DNA from: Planctomycetota bacterium
GTDB lineage: Bacteria; Planctomycetota; UBA1135
Assembly (NCBI GenBank): GCA_030748415.1
Contig: JASMMA010000009.1
Location: 45,194-109,193 of the forward strand
Length of the DNA stretch: 64,000 nt
Reading direction: 5' to 3'
Below, in pieces: positions 18,960-28,085 of the stretch. A program made the position numbers and the translations under genes. The stretch's first letter is position 1, and each line of letters opens with the position of its first letter. A model generated the notes under the pieces. The model did no database searches and was not told where the DNA came from. It saw only the letters and a list, made by a program, of their open reading frames with translations.

Positions 18960-20330
18960 GTGATTTCGAGTGATCTTTTGGAAGCTCTTCAAGGGAGGGG
19001 ACTTGAAGCGGTGCTTGAACCCGCCCAAAAGTTGGGCAATGTTGCCCTTAAAGAATTAGAACAAGACCTTGCTTCCATTCATTGGCCAACTTTAGATCGC
19101 CAATTGGAAGCTTTGAAAAAAGGTGGCACCCCTTCCGTTGGGAAGTTGGCCCCGCCACCATTGGCACCTCCCTCCACCATTCCTTCTCATGAAACTCAAG
19201 AGGCCTCCCAAATGGGGTGGAATGCTTTAAAGGAAGGACGAATTGCTCTCTGCACAGTTGCAGGTGGTCAAGCCTCGCGTTTAGGATTCGATGCCCCAAA
19301 AGGTGCTTATCCTTTGGGGTCTGTTTCTGGAGCTAGCTTGTTCCAGGGGATGGCAGGCCAAGTGGCTCTCCTGCGAAAAGAGACCGGGATTCCCATTCCA
19401 TGGATTATCCAAACCGGGCCAGGAAACCACGAAGATACGATTCGATTCTTCTCCAAAAGGGCATTTTTTGGTTTGAGCTCTTCCTCGATTCACTTCATAT
19501 GCCAAGGGACTTTGCCCGCCCTTTCACTTGATGGCCAGTTACTTCTTGCCACTCCAACTAGTCTTTTTCGAAACCCAGATGGACATGGTGGCTTTTATGC
19601 AGCTCTCCATGCCGCAGGGACTTTCAAATTGCTGCGGGAAAAGGGCATTGACACTTTGTTCTACTGCCAGGTAGATAATCCGCTTGTAAGAATGGGGGAC
19701 CCCGCTTTTCTGGGTCACCATCTAAAGTCCAATGCCCAAATGTCCATTAAGGTTGTTGAAAAGACAGACCCTGAGGAAAAAGTTGGACTTGTCGCCTTAG
19801 TGGACGGCACTCCCTCTTGTATCGAATACTCGGACCTTGCGCCCGAACTTGCAAAAGAAAAATCTCAGGATGGGGGGCTCCTTTTCCGCGCAGGAAATAT
19901 TGCTATACATGCTTTTGCTCTAGACTTTGCCGAGTCCTGTGCGACACATCCTTTGGAGCTTCACCTCGCTCATAAAAAGTTATTTGCTTTAGATGGTGGA
20001 ATGCAGCCGGTTGAACGAGATGGCGTAAAGTTTGAAACCTTCGTATTTGATGCACTTACCCGCGCTGATGAGGTCGTCGTTCAGATGTGCGAAAGGGATG
20101 AAGAATTTGCACCTGTGAAAAATAGAGTTGGCCAAGACTCCATTCGCACTTCCCGAGAAGCCCTAGATTCAAGGAATCGGAATTGGATTTCTGGCTCAAC
20201 ACTTCCCAGTTTTAATGAAAGGAAGCGCTCCGAGATTCTCCCTGGAATTGCCCTTTGTGGGGAGAGCCTTCTTCAGAAAGAGAACGACCTTTCTTTAATT
20301 TTTAGGAATTCTCTCTTAATCGAGGATTGA
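18960..20330 (+). CDS. Eukaryote-type UDP-N-acetylglucosamine/UDP-sugar pyrophosphorylase (UDPGP family)
   Basis: AGGQASRLG...PKG, PDGHGG, VDNPL, EYSD, KFETFVFD and EFAPVKN. Confidence 0.9.
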   Translation: MISSDLLEALQGRGLEAVLEPAQKLGNVALKELEQDLASIHWPTLDRQLEALKKGGTPSVGKLAPPPLAPPSTIPSHETQEASQMGWNALKEGRIALCTVAGGQASRLGFDAPKGAYPLGSVSGASLFQGMAGQVALLRKETGIPIPWIIQTGPGNHEDTIRFFSKRAFFGLSSSSIHFICQGTLPALSLDGQLLLATPTSLFRNPDGHGGFYAALHAAGTFKLLREKGIDTLFYCQVDNPLVRMGDPAFLGHHLKSNAQMSIKVVEKTDPEEKVGLVALVDGTPSCIEYSDLAPELAKEKSQDGGLLFRAGNIAIHAFALDFAESCATHPLELHLAHKKLFALDGGMQPVERDGVKFETFVFDALTRADEVVVQMCERDEEFAPVKNRVGQDSIRTSREALDSRNRNWISGSTLPSFNERKRSEILPGIALCGESLLQKENDLSLIFRNSLLIED

Positions 20331-20370
20331 CCCCCAAGCTCGGCGGGGGGATGATGTCCCGCCCGCACTA

Positions 20371-20458
20371 GCCGGAGTGGCGGAATTGGCAGACGCGATG
20401 GATTCAAAATCCATTTCCCTTTTTGGGAGTGGGGGTTCAAGTCCCCCCTCCGGCACCA
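20371..20458 (+). tRNA. tRNA-Leu(CAA)
   Basis: GCCGGAGTGGCGGAATTGGCAGACGCG; anticodon arm ATGGA-TT CAA AA-TCCAT; variable arm; CCA end. Confidence 0.97.
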
Positions 20459-20653
20459 CCTAACCCTTTTATTTATATCGCCTTAGGGGCAAAATGGCAT
20501 TTTTCTACCCATAGTCCTCTTTTTTTGAATAAGAAATTTCCATAAATTCCTTACTCCGCGGGCCTCTTGGGATGGCAACATGGTAGGGGAGAGGTGACTT
20601 TCAAACATAGAACCCTCTCTTTCCCTCTTCCTTCCCTACCCAAAGCCCCCCTC

Positions 20654-22882
20654 ATGAGCATCCCTCGCTGCTTCCTTCTTCACATTTCTCCCCTTTTTCT
20701 TGCCACACTCTTATGCCCCATAGCTTGGTCACAGGGCACTGTATGGATGGTGACAGGGGATTCCAACTACGACTTCTATGGCAACGCCATCAGTAATCTT
20801 GGCGACATCAACGGCGATGGCCTAGAAGAAATCATCGTGGCTGCCCCTGGCGACGATAACAACGCTCAGGATTGTGGCCTTGTCCGTGTCCTTGACGGAG
20901 CAACGGGGGTCACCATTTACACTTATGACGGAGACTCCCAAGGGGATGACTTCGGGAAAGCAGTCACAAACGTCGGTGATGTAAATGGAGATGGTGTTTT
21001 CGATTTCGCCGGTTCTGCCTGGACGGACGACAACAATGGAGGCGGTTCTGGAATGATTCGTGTCTATTCTGGCTCCAATGGCTCCCTCATCCATCAAATT
21101 GACGGTTCTGCCGCCGATTACCTTGGTGGTTCCCTTGGTTACATTGGAGACATCAACAACGATGGCTTTGCAGACATCCTTGCTGGCGCTACCCAAAAGA
21201 ACCCCAGTGGCTCGGGCCCCAGCACAGCAGCTGGTTACGCTGAAGTGTTCTCTGGTGCCACTGGTGCCAGCCTTTTGCGCGTTAATGGTTCTGTTGCCAA
21301 TGACCAGTTTGGCTACGCTGTGATGGGTGGCTCTGACCTCAATGGAGATGGAACTCCGGACTTTGTTGTTGGAGTTTATGGCGACGATGTTGTCGCTCTT
21401 AACTCCGGCGCAGTTCATGCGTTCTCTGGCGCGAACGGCTCGGCCCTCTGGACCACTCGGGGCACAGGGGTCAAAGACCATCTCGGGAATGCGCTCGCTC
21501 TCACCGGTGACCTCAACAACGACGGCGTGGATGACATTCTCGCTGGCGCCATTCTGGACGACAATAATGGGAGCGATTCGGGCTCCTGTTTCATTTTGTC
21601 TGGTGCGAACGGCTCCGTCATTGCCACTCTTGATGGTGAGAACGCGGGTGACCAATTTGGCTCTTCTGTTGCCAGCTACAATGACTTTAACGGAGACCAA
21701 ATTCCTGAGTTCCTTGTTGGCGCTGACCACTTTAATGGGCAGTACGGCACCGACTCCGGAAAAATCTATGTTTACGATGGAGCCACCCAAACACTCCTCA
21801 TGAGTGTTGAAGGGGGCCTCTCTGGAGACCGGCTCGGCTACTCATGTGCTGGTGCTGGTGACATGGATGGTGACGGGCTTCCTGAATTCATTGGCGGTGC
21901 ACGCCAATATGGCGGCATGGGTTCTAGTAACGGTCGCGGTTACGTCACCGTGTATGACACGGTTGGCACACCACCGCCGCCACCACCAACCTGGCCCAAC
22001 CTTCCCAGCACTTTTGTTTCAACTGCAGGCGGTTACTTCGAAGACTTTGAAGCTATGGCCGGCACCGTTCCAAGCCACATGTCCACCAATGCGCTGGATA
22101 TGTTCTTCCGATCTTCTGACCCAGACGCCTGGGCCAATGTGGGGCAGAACGCCCCTGCTCTCAGTGCCCAATCCGGCGCCTACTGCTTGGAACTTGGTGG
22201 AAACCCCAATGGGATGTCTGGGCACCATGAAGTTGCCAATTCCCTCGTTATTGGCGTTGATGGAACTGGCTCCAGTCACTTGATGTTGGACTACTGGGCA
22301 ATCGACCATGGTGATGAAAACCATGACGACGACGGAGTATTCCTCAGCGCGGACGGAACCAACTGGGAATCTGTTCAACTTTACTGGGCCCACATTCCCA
22401 GCACATCCACTTGGACCCAAGTGAAGGATGTCGATTTAACCACTACCTCTGTGGACACCACCCAGCCCTTCTACCTCCTGATTGGTCAGGCAGACAATTA
22501 CGAATACGCTGGGGGAGATGGAATTGGTTTAGATGACATTCATGTTCGTGAGTGGGCTCCACCCTCTCCAACGCTTACTGTGACTCCTGACCCACCTGTT
22601 GCAGGCCAGCCTGCTCTCCTGAACATTGCATTCAATAATCCCGGCGACATGGTCATTTTGGCTTACTCCTTCGTTGGGGGCGGCCCAACATCCACGCCTT
22701 ACGGTGATTTGTACCTCAGCCCCCCTTTCTCACAGTTCCCAACTTTGTTCGCGAACGCTGCTGGGAATGCTGGCTTCTCCGCAAATGTCCCCCCTGCTGT
22801 TCAAGGTTGGAATGTTTGGCTTCATAGCTTGAACATGACCCAATCTATTTGGACCAACCCCCTGGCGACGACTTTCCAGTAA
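20654..22882 (+). CDS. Secreted FG-GAP (integrin-alpha-like beta-propeller) protein 1
   Basis: Signal peptide; seven Ca-binding Dx(N/D)xD repeats with FG..V/GA elements; poly-Pro linker; beta-sandwich-like domain; about 100 aa C-terminal domain. Confidence 0.88.
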   Translation: MSIPRCFLLHISPLFLATLLCPIAWSQGTVWMVTGDSNYDFYGNAISNLGDINGDGLEEIIVAAPGDDNNAQDCGLVRVLDGATGVTIYTYDGDSQGDDFGKAVTNVGDVNGDGVFDFAGSAWTDDNNGGGSGMIRVYSGSNGSLIHQIDGSAADYLGGSLGYIGDINNDGFADILAGATQKNPSGSGPSTAAGYAEVFSGATGASLLRVNGSVANDQFGYAVMGGSDLNGDGTPDFVVGVYGDDVVALNSGAVHAFSGANGSALWTTRGTGVKDHLGNALALTGDLNNDGVDDILAGAILDDNNGSDSGSCFILSGANGSVIATLDGENAGDQFGSSVASYNDFNGDQIPEFLVGADHFNGQYGTDSGKIYVYDGATQTLLMSVEGGLSGDRLGYSCAGAGDMDGDGLPEFIGGARQYGGMGSSNGRGYVTVYDTVGTPPPPPPTWPNLPSTFVSTAGGYFEDFEAMAGTVPSHMSTNALDMFFRSSDPDAWANVGQNAPALSAQSGAYCLELGGNPNGMSGHHEVANSLVIGVDGTGSSHLMLDYWAIDHGDENHDDDGVFLSADGTNWESVQLYWAHIPSTSTWTQVKDVDLTTTSVDTTQPFYLLIGQADNYEYAGGDGIGLDDIHVREWAPPSPTLTVTPDPPVAGQPALLNIAFNNPGDMVILAYSFVGGGPTSTPYGDLYLSPPFSQFPTLFANAAGNAGFSANVPPAVQGWNVWLHSLNMTQSIWTNPLATTFQ

Positions 22883-22912
22883 ATCCCCTTAACTGAGAAT
22901 TTCGCTTCCACT

Positions 22913-22946
22913 AATGGCCCTGGCCGCTTCGGCTGGGGCCATTTTT
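22913..22946 (+). terminator. Rho-independent terminator
   Basis: AATGGCCCTGGCCG-CTT-CGGCTGGGGCCATT followed by a T run. Confidence 0.8.
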
Positions 22947-23117
22947 CCACTATTTGAGGCCAAAATCCAAAATTCTGGCCCGAAAACTGTGCAACTCGCT
23001 CGAATCCATGGCATTATGGGTTGTAAGCGGAGTCCTATTAGTGGGTTTACCTTTCCGCAATAGGAGTCTCTGCGCCTGCCCTTCCCATCCCCAATCACCC
23101 CTTCTTCCCCAGTTACC

Positions 23118-25337
23118 GTGAAAATCCTCTCCTTTTCCCCACGCCTCTTCGTTTTTGCCGCCTCCCTTTTTCTTCCCGCAACCCTCCTTGCTCAAGGAAC
23201 CATTTGGACTGTAGCGGGTCCCACCATCTACGATGAACTCGGCCGCTCTGTGGACGCCATCGGCGACCTAAATGGTGATGGCTACGATGAAGTAATTGGT
23301 GGCGCACCTTATGCAGCCGCAAATGGTCAAGACTGTGGCTTGATTACTGTTTACGATGGTGCAAGCAGTTCAATTCTGTTTAACATTGATGGTGACGACG
23401 CCCGAGACGAGATGGGCCTTCGGGTTGCTGGAGTGGGCGATGTCAATGGTGACAATGTCCCTGACTTTGCTGGAGCCGCCCCTTCTGATGAGTTAGGAGG
23501 GAATGGTTCAGGAACTGTTCGCGTTTACTCAGGCTCGACTGGTGCTCTTCTTCACCAATTTATTGGTTCTGCTGCTGATGAACACTTGGGTGGCGACCTC
23601 TCCTACTTAGGTGATGTAAATGGTGATGGTCGTGCAGACATTTTGATTGGCGCAACTCAAAAAGGTGGGGGAGCTTCCACTCAATACGGTTTCGCTTCCG
23701 TTTACTCTGGCGCCTCAGGCGCTCTCCTTTACACCGTTTCTGGCTCTGCCGCGAACGATCAGTTTGGATATGCAGTTGGTGGCGGTGGTGACCTTGATGG
23801 TGACGGTGTAAATGACTTTGCTGTGGGTGTCTATGGCGATGACACAAATGGACTTAATACTGGTGCTGTCCACGTTTTCTCTGGGGCTACCGGCCTCTTA
23901 ATCTGGTCTGCCTTTGGCGACAATGACCGAGATCACCTTGGCAATAAAGTTGCGATTCTGGGTGACTTAAACGGTGATGGAGCATGTGAAGTTGGCGCTG
24001 GCGCAATTGAAGATGACAACCTTGCAACCGATGGTGGTGCAGTTCGTATTTTTGACGGTGCAACTGGCGCAATTCTGACTACTCTCGATGGTCAAAACGC
24101 ATTAGACGAAATGGGGTCATCCATCGCTCGCTACTCCGACATTACTGGCGATGGAATTGAAGAATTTCTTGTAGGCGTTCACGGTTGGGACGGTGTCGTA
24201 GGCAAAGACTCTGGGCTCATCATGGTGATTGATGGTTCCAACTTCACCACGGTTCAATTCGTGGAAGGAACCCTCGCTGATGACCGCCTTGGCTTCTCCT
24301 GCGCTGGCGCAGGTGATATCAATGGCGATAACATCGATGATTACATCGGTGGTGCAAGACAGCGTGGGGGCGCCGGAGTTGGAAACGGAACCGGCTACGT
24401 TCGCGCATTTGACTCAACTGGCACTCCACCGCCGCCTCCTGTCAGGTGGCCAAACCTCCCCAGCACCTTTATGGCTGTTGGTGCAAATGGCTATGTTGAA
24501 GATTTTGAAGCCCTCGCGGGTTCTATTCCTAGCCATATGGCCGTGAATGAGCTAGACGCAATTAGCCGTACTGCTGACCCCGAAGCCTGGTGTAACCTGG
24601 GACAAAATGGACCCTGTATTTCATCCAACTCTGGCATCTTTGCCTTGGAGCTTGGTGGGAACCCTGTAATGAGTGTGCACCACGATGTTGCGAACGGCCT
24701 CGTTGTCGGGATTGATGGCACCGGTTCGACTTCACTTGTTCTTGATTATTGGGCCATTAACTACGGTGAAGAAAACCACTTGGACGATGGTATCTGGGTT
24801 AGCAATGATGGCACCAACTGGGAAGCTGTTCAGAGCAAGTGGGGACACATCCCCAGCAGCGCTACTTGGACTCAAGTCCTAGACCTCGACCTGACAACAA
24901 CCACCGTTAGCACCACGGGTCAGTTTTACTTGCTCTTTGCTCAAGCCGACAATTATGAATATGGCACCGCGGACGGAATTGGCATTGATGACTTTACAGT
25001 TCGTGAAGCTGGTTCTGGCGGTCCTACTCTTGTTGTTAGCCCATTCCCGCCCGTTGGAGGTCAAGCCGTTACTCTGGGTGTTGATAACAACAATCCAGGC
25101 GACATGGTCATCATTTGTTACTCCATGGTTGGTGGCGGTCCCACATCTACTCCATGGGGAACTGCTCTTTTGACACCACCGGTTGCTTACTTGCCATTCC
25201 TGTTTGCAGACCCTGCTGGGTCGGTTTCCTTCCCTGCAACTGCGCCTCCAGCCCTAACGGGTCGTCCTATGTGGATGCAAGCCCTCAACCATACACAAGG
25301 CATCTTCAGCAATGGCCTAAACTGGGTGTTTGGTTAA
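23118..25337 (+). CDS. Secreted FG-GAP protein 2 (paralogue of 20654-22882)
   Basis: Same architecture with shared blocks, e.g. ANDQFGYAV.GG.DL.GDG, GTPPPP...WPNLPSTF, EDFEA and QADNYEY. Confidence 0.9.
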   Translation: MKILSFSPRLFVFAASLFLPATLLAQGTIWTVAGPTIYDELGRSVDAIGDLNGDGYDEVIGGAPYAAANGQDCGLITVYDGASSSILFNIDGDDARDEMGLRVAGVGDVNGDNVPDFAGAAPSDELGGNGSGTVRVYSGSTGALLHQFIGSAADEHLGGDLSYLGDVNGDGRADILIGATQKGGGASTQYGFASVYSGASGALLYTVSGSAANDQFGYAVGGGGDLDGDGVNDFAVGVYGDDTNGLNTGAVHVFSGATGLLIWSAFGDNDRDHLGNKVAILGDLNGDGACEVGAGAIEDDNLATDGGAVRIFDGATGAILTTLDGQNALDEMGSSIARYSDITGDGIEEFLVGVHGWDGVVGKDSGLIMVIDGSNFTTVQFVEGTLADDRLGFSCAGAGDINGDNIDDYIGGARQRGGAGVGNGTGYVRAFDSTGTPPPPPVRWPNLPSTFMAVGANGYVEDFEALAGSIPSHMAVNELDAISRTADPEAWCNLGQNGPCISSNSGIFALELGGNPVMSVHHDVANGLVVGIDGTGSTSLVLDYWAINYGEENHLDDGIWVSNDGTNWEAVQSKWGHIPSSATWTQVLDLDLTTTTVSTTGQFYLLFAQADNYEYGTADGIGIDDFTVREAGSGGPTLVVSPFPPVGGQAVTLGVDNNNPGDMVIICYSMVGGGPTSTPWGTALLTPPVAYLPFLFADPAGSVSFPATAPPALTGRPMWMQALNHTQGIFSNGLNWVFG

Positions 25338-25358
25338 AAGTTCGCTGGCACTCTTTTC

Positions 25359-25391
25359 GGCCACCTCTTCCAAAGGAAGAGGTGGCCTTTT
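25359..25391 (+). terminator. Rho-independent terminator
   Basis: GGCCACCTCTTCC-AAA-GGAAGAGGTGGCC followed by TTTT. Confidence 0.85.
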
Positions 25392-25394
25392 CAT

Positions 25395-25949
25395 TTGAAC
25401 AGATGCTTCTCATTCCAGTATTCTGGAGAGGTGTCTTCTTCCACCTTGGACTTGAGTTCCCCTGCTCTTCGAACCCTCCTTAGTCAAAGTTTCTCTGCAA
25501 CCCTCCACCGGCTTCGCGGAGTTCGTAACTTGCTTGCTGGTTGGGCGCTCATGGGCCCAAGCTCTTGTGATGAATTAAAACTCCAAGCCCGTCTGGAAGA
25601 AGACCGGGTCCTCCTCGCTCGATTAAGCTGGATTCATCAAGGTCTGATGGATCCCCTTTCCGCCATCGACAAAGAGGAATTGCCTCGAGTTCTTCTTGCT
25701 GCCCTTCTAGGTTTCGGAACCCCAGAAGAATCCGAAATGGACTTGCCTCAAATCCTAGACCCACAAGAAGTCATCGCGATTTGTACACGGATTCAAACGA
25801 TAGCCTCAAAGGCGCCTGTTGACTTTAGGGGCCACCGTCCCCAACTCTGCTGCAAGAAGGGCAACTTTTTCTTCGAATTACCCAAAGAGTGGGCAACAGA
25901 ATCGGAACATCAGTTTCCCGTTCCACCTGGAACTTTCTCGTTAGAGTAA
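25395..25949 (+). CDS. Hypothetical protein
   Basis: 184 aa ORF filling the gap; start uncertain. Confidence 0.55.
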   Translation: MNRCFSFQYSGEVSSSTLDLSSPALRTLLSQSFSATLHRLRGVRNLLAGWALMGPSSCDELKLQARLEEDRVLLARLSWIHQGLMDPLSAIDKEELPRVLLAALLGFGTPEESEMDLPQILDPQEVIAICTRIQTIASKAPVDFRGHRPQLCCKKGNFFFELPKEWATESEHQFPVPPGTFSLE

Positions 25950-26449
25950 CGGGTCAAAATCCTGGGCTGGAATTGGGATGGGAACACGGCTCCCGCGGAG
26001 CCAACCACAGAAAATACGGAATAGGCTACGGGTTGCCTTTCGCCTTCTGGTGGTGTTTTCAGAAAAGAAGACCAAAGCAAGAGAGGGTGGAAAATTAAAA
26101 CGACCAAAATACTCGTCAAAATGCCAGTCAAGCCGCCGGCTATTCTGGAAGCTGGGGTGGGGGAGATAGCTTCCAGCCATCGAAACACCCACTTCCGCAG
26201 TAAGTAGAGGCCTGGAAGAGCAACGAGGCAAATTGCCAGCTCCGTTGGCAGGGCAGGGAGATCTTTCTCCGGCCCCTTAAAGAAGTGATTTAAGGTCGGC
26301 CTGAGGGATGCTGCAGCCAAGATTGCTCCAGCCCAAACAAGAAATCGGCTAAACTGATGAAAGAACCCCCGGGCAATCCCTGCCACTAGGCCGAATGAGA
26401 CGCAGGCTGCGGTAAGCCAGTCAAGGGGGTGGATGAGGCCACTTTCCAT
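25910..26449 (-). CDS. CvpA (colicin V production) family membrane protein
   Basis: LDW....SFGLVAGIARGFF N-terminus, SRIAGGLTG motif and 4 TM segments. Confidence 0.7.
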   Translation of the reverse strand: MESGLIHPLDWLTAACVSFGLVAGIARGFFHQFSRFLVWAGAILAAASLRPTLNHFFKGPEKDLPALPTELAICLVALPGLYLLRKWVFRWLEAISPTPASRIAGGLTGILTSILVVLIFHPLLLWSSFLKTPPEGERQPVAYSVFSVVGSAGAVFPSQFQPRILTRYSNEKVPGGTGN

Positions 26450-26478
26450 CTGTGCTTTATCCCTTCAACCGCCCTGTC

Positions 26479-28017
26479 ATGCAAGAATCTTCTTCTTCGC
26501 TTAATCCTCTCCAGCTTTTCCAGGCTCTGGTCCGCCAGTTGGAAGCAGACTCCTCCTTGTCCTCTGAACGAGAACAAGCCTGGGCTGAGTTTTTTGTTAA
26601 CGATTCTCATCCCGGCTCCATTCTCCGTTTCCTGGAGTGGTTCCTATTGGAAAGGGAATCCGAAACTTTAGGGGCAATCCCCATCGTCGCCTGGGCACCT
26701 GAAGATATTCCAAAAGAAAGCCCTTGGCATTCACTTCAAGAGAGCCTTTTTGGTTTTTTCAAAGTGCTGAACAAAGCTGACCAGGGCTTCACCGAATGCC
26801 AAGACCTTTGGACTGGTTCTGGTATTACCGCTCAATTGCCCCATTCACCCGAATTCCAAACCCCTGGTTCTGTTCTTTTGGGCCGGCTTTACCACTCTAA
26901 GGAAGGTCCTTTCTCGCCTTTGCCCAGCCTCCTTTCTTTATCTCATTCTGAGGCCACTTTAGCCTTAGCAAAGGACTTGGCCGCTCAACGTTCGCATGCG
27001 CCAAGGGCTGTCCTATCCCAATTGGAGTGCGAAAAGTTGCTCTCCAACTTTGAAGGGGTCAAGGTCAACCAAAATCCAATTGCGGCCCTTCAAGAACTCA
27101 TCAAAGGTGAACCCAATTGGAGCTGGGATAGAATTGCAAAGATTTTAGAAGAAGATGGCTCCGAGGCACTCTTAGATTTACTGGCTTTTGAGACTGATCT
27201 AGATGTGCGACTTATTCGCTCTCTTTTAGTTGCGATGGAGCTCAATGAGGGGTCTTCCACTTATTCGAAATCAGCCGATTCAGCCAACTTGGATACACCA
27301 GCCCTGGAAGAAGCGCTCAAGCATTTCGATGAAGAAAGAGAATCCGGAGCTTCTTTGGAGCAGCTATTTGACAAACTTGGTCAGGACCTGGGCCTTGATT
27401 TGTCTGATAAGACTACGGACAACCAAGCTTTGGGTCCAACCGCACCCACAGGCTTGCTCCATTGGGTGAATTCTTATATTTGGGAACTGAATGCCGTTTC
27501 TCCCGGGACCTCTCCCAATCAAGCGTTTCTAGAGACCTTTGCTGCTTGGACAGAGGATCAACTAGAGAAACCATTGGATGCCCAGGAATTGTTACCTGCC
27601 ACTGTGCTTGCCTTTCTTTGTGCCGAATCTATTGAAGAGTCCCTTCCTTCTCGTTTGAAGAACCTCCTGCCATTTCTTGATTGGTGCGCGGAAGAACAAG
27701 GCGCACCCTTGGAAGAATTCCTGAAAGACATCCGTGGCCAACTAGGGGAGCGCCTTCAAGCTATTCAAGAACTCAATTCCCAACTTCAGGGCACCCTTTC
27801 GACGACGACTACTCAGATCTCAAATCTAAACCCGCCTCAAGTTCAAGATGATTCGAAAGTTCCAGCGCCCATCGTGGGGTGGCTGAAGGACTATGCTCCA
27901 TACCTAACGGTGGGAGATTGGGTTCTAGGCAAGTGGATTGAAGGTGAGTTCCATCTTGCGAAAGTTATTCCAAAAGAAGTACTTCCCATGTCCTCTGACG
28001 CAGAGGCCCAGAACTAG
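26479..28017 (+). CDS. Hypothetical acidic multidomain protein
   Basis: Long ORF with ATG at 26479; no recognisable catalytic motif (see findings). Confidence 0.75.
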   Translation: MQESSSSLNPLQLFQALVRQLEADSSLSSEREQAWAEFFVNDSHPGSILRFLEWFLLERESETLGAIPIVAWAPEDIPKESPWHSLQESLFGFFKVLNKADQGFTECQDLWTGSGITAQLPHSPEFQTPGSVLLGRLYHSKEGPFSPLPSLLSLSHSEATLALAKDLAAQRSHAPRAVLSQLECEKLLSNFEGVKVNQNPIAALQELIKGEPNWSWDRIAKILEEDGSEALLDLLAFETDLDVRLIRSLLVAMELNEGSSTYSKSADSANLDTPALEEALKHFDEERESGASLEQLFDKLGQDLGLDLSDKTTDNQALGPTAPTGLLHWVNSYIWELNAVSPGTSPNQAFLETFAAWTEDQLEKPLDAQELLPATVLAFLCAESIEESLPSRLKNLLPFLDWCAEEQGAPLEEFLKDIRGQLGERLQAIQELNSQLQGTLSTTTTQISNLNPPQVQDDSKVPAPIVGWLKDYAPYLTVGDWVLGKWIEGEFHLAKVIPKEVLPMSSDAEAQN

Positions 28018-28057
28018 GGGAACAAGCATAGAAATGTAGATTAGCGCCCCTGTTTGA

Positions 28058-28085
28058 AAGTCCGATAATATACATTATGTTGCCC
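28058..28085 (+). other. dif-like XerC/XerD recombination site
   Basis: AAGTCCGATAA-TATACA-TTATGTTGCCC has the 11-6-11 layout with ATAA/TTAT inner dyad and TTATGTT XerD-arm core (E. coli dif: GGTGCGCATAA TGTATA TTATGTTAAAT); intergenic. Confidence 0.7.

Noticed and set aside
20822-21790. 322 aa antisense ORF, and similar shadows such as 35227..35946, 16910..17557 and 49969..50535
   Set aside because: Mirror frames of well-supported genes with no motifs of their own.
20459-25391. Genomic island integrated at tRNA-Leu(CAA)
   Set aside because: There is an AT-rich spacer and accessory-looking cargo, but I found no integrase and no repeat of the tRNA 3' end, and composition resembles the rest of the window.
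26251-26258. KOPS-like GGGCAGGG pointing at the dif-like site
   Set aside because: Oppositely oriented matches also occur (CCCTTCCC near 23079, GGGAAGGG at 60721), so I cannot show polarity by eye.
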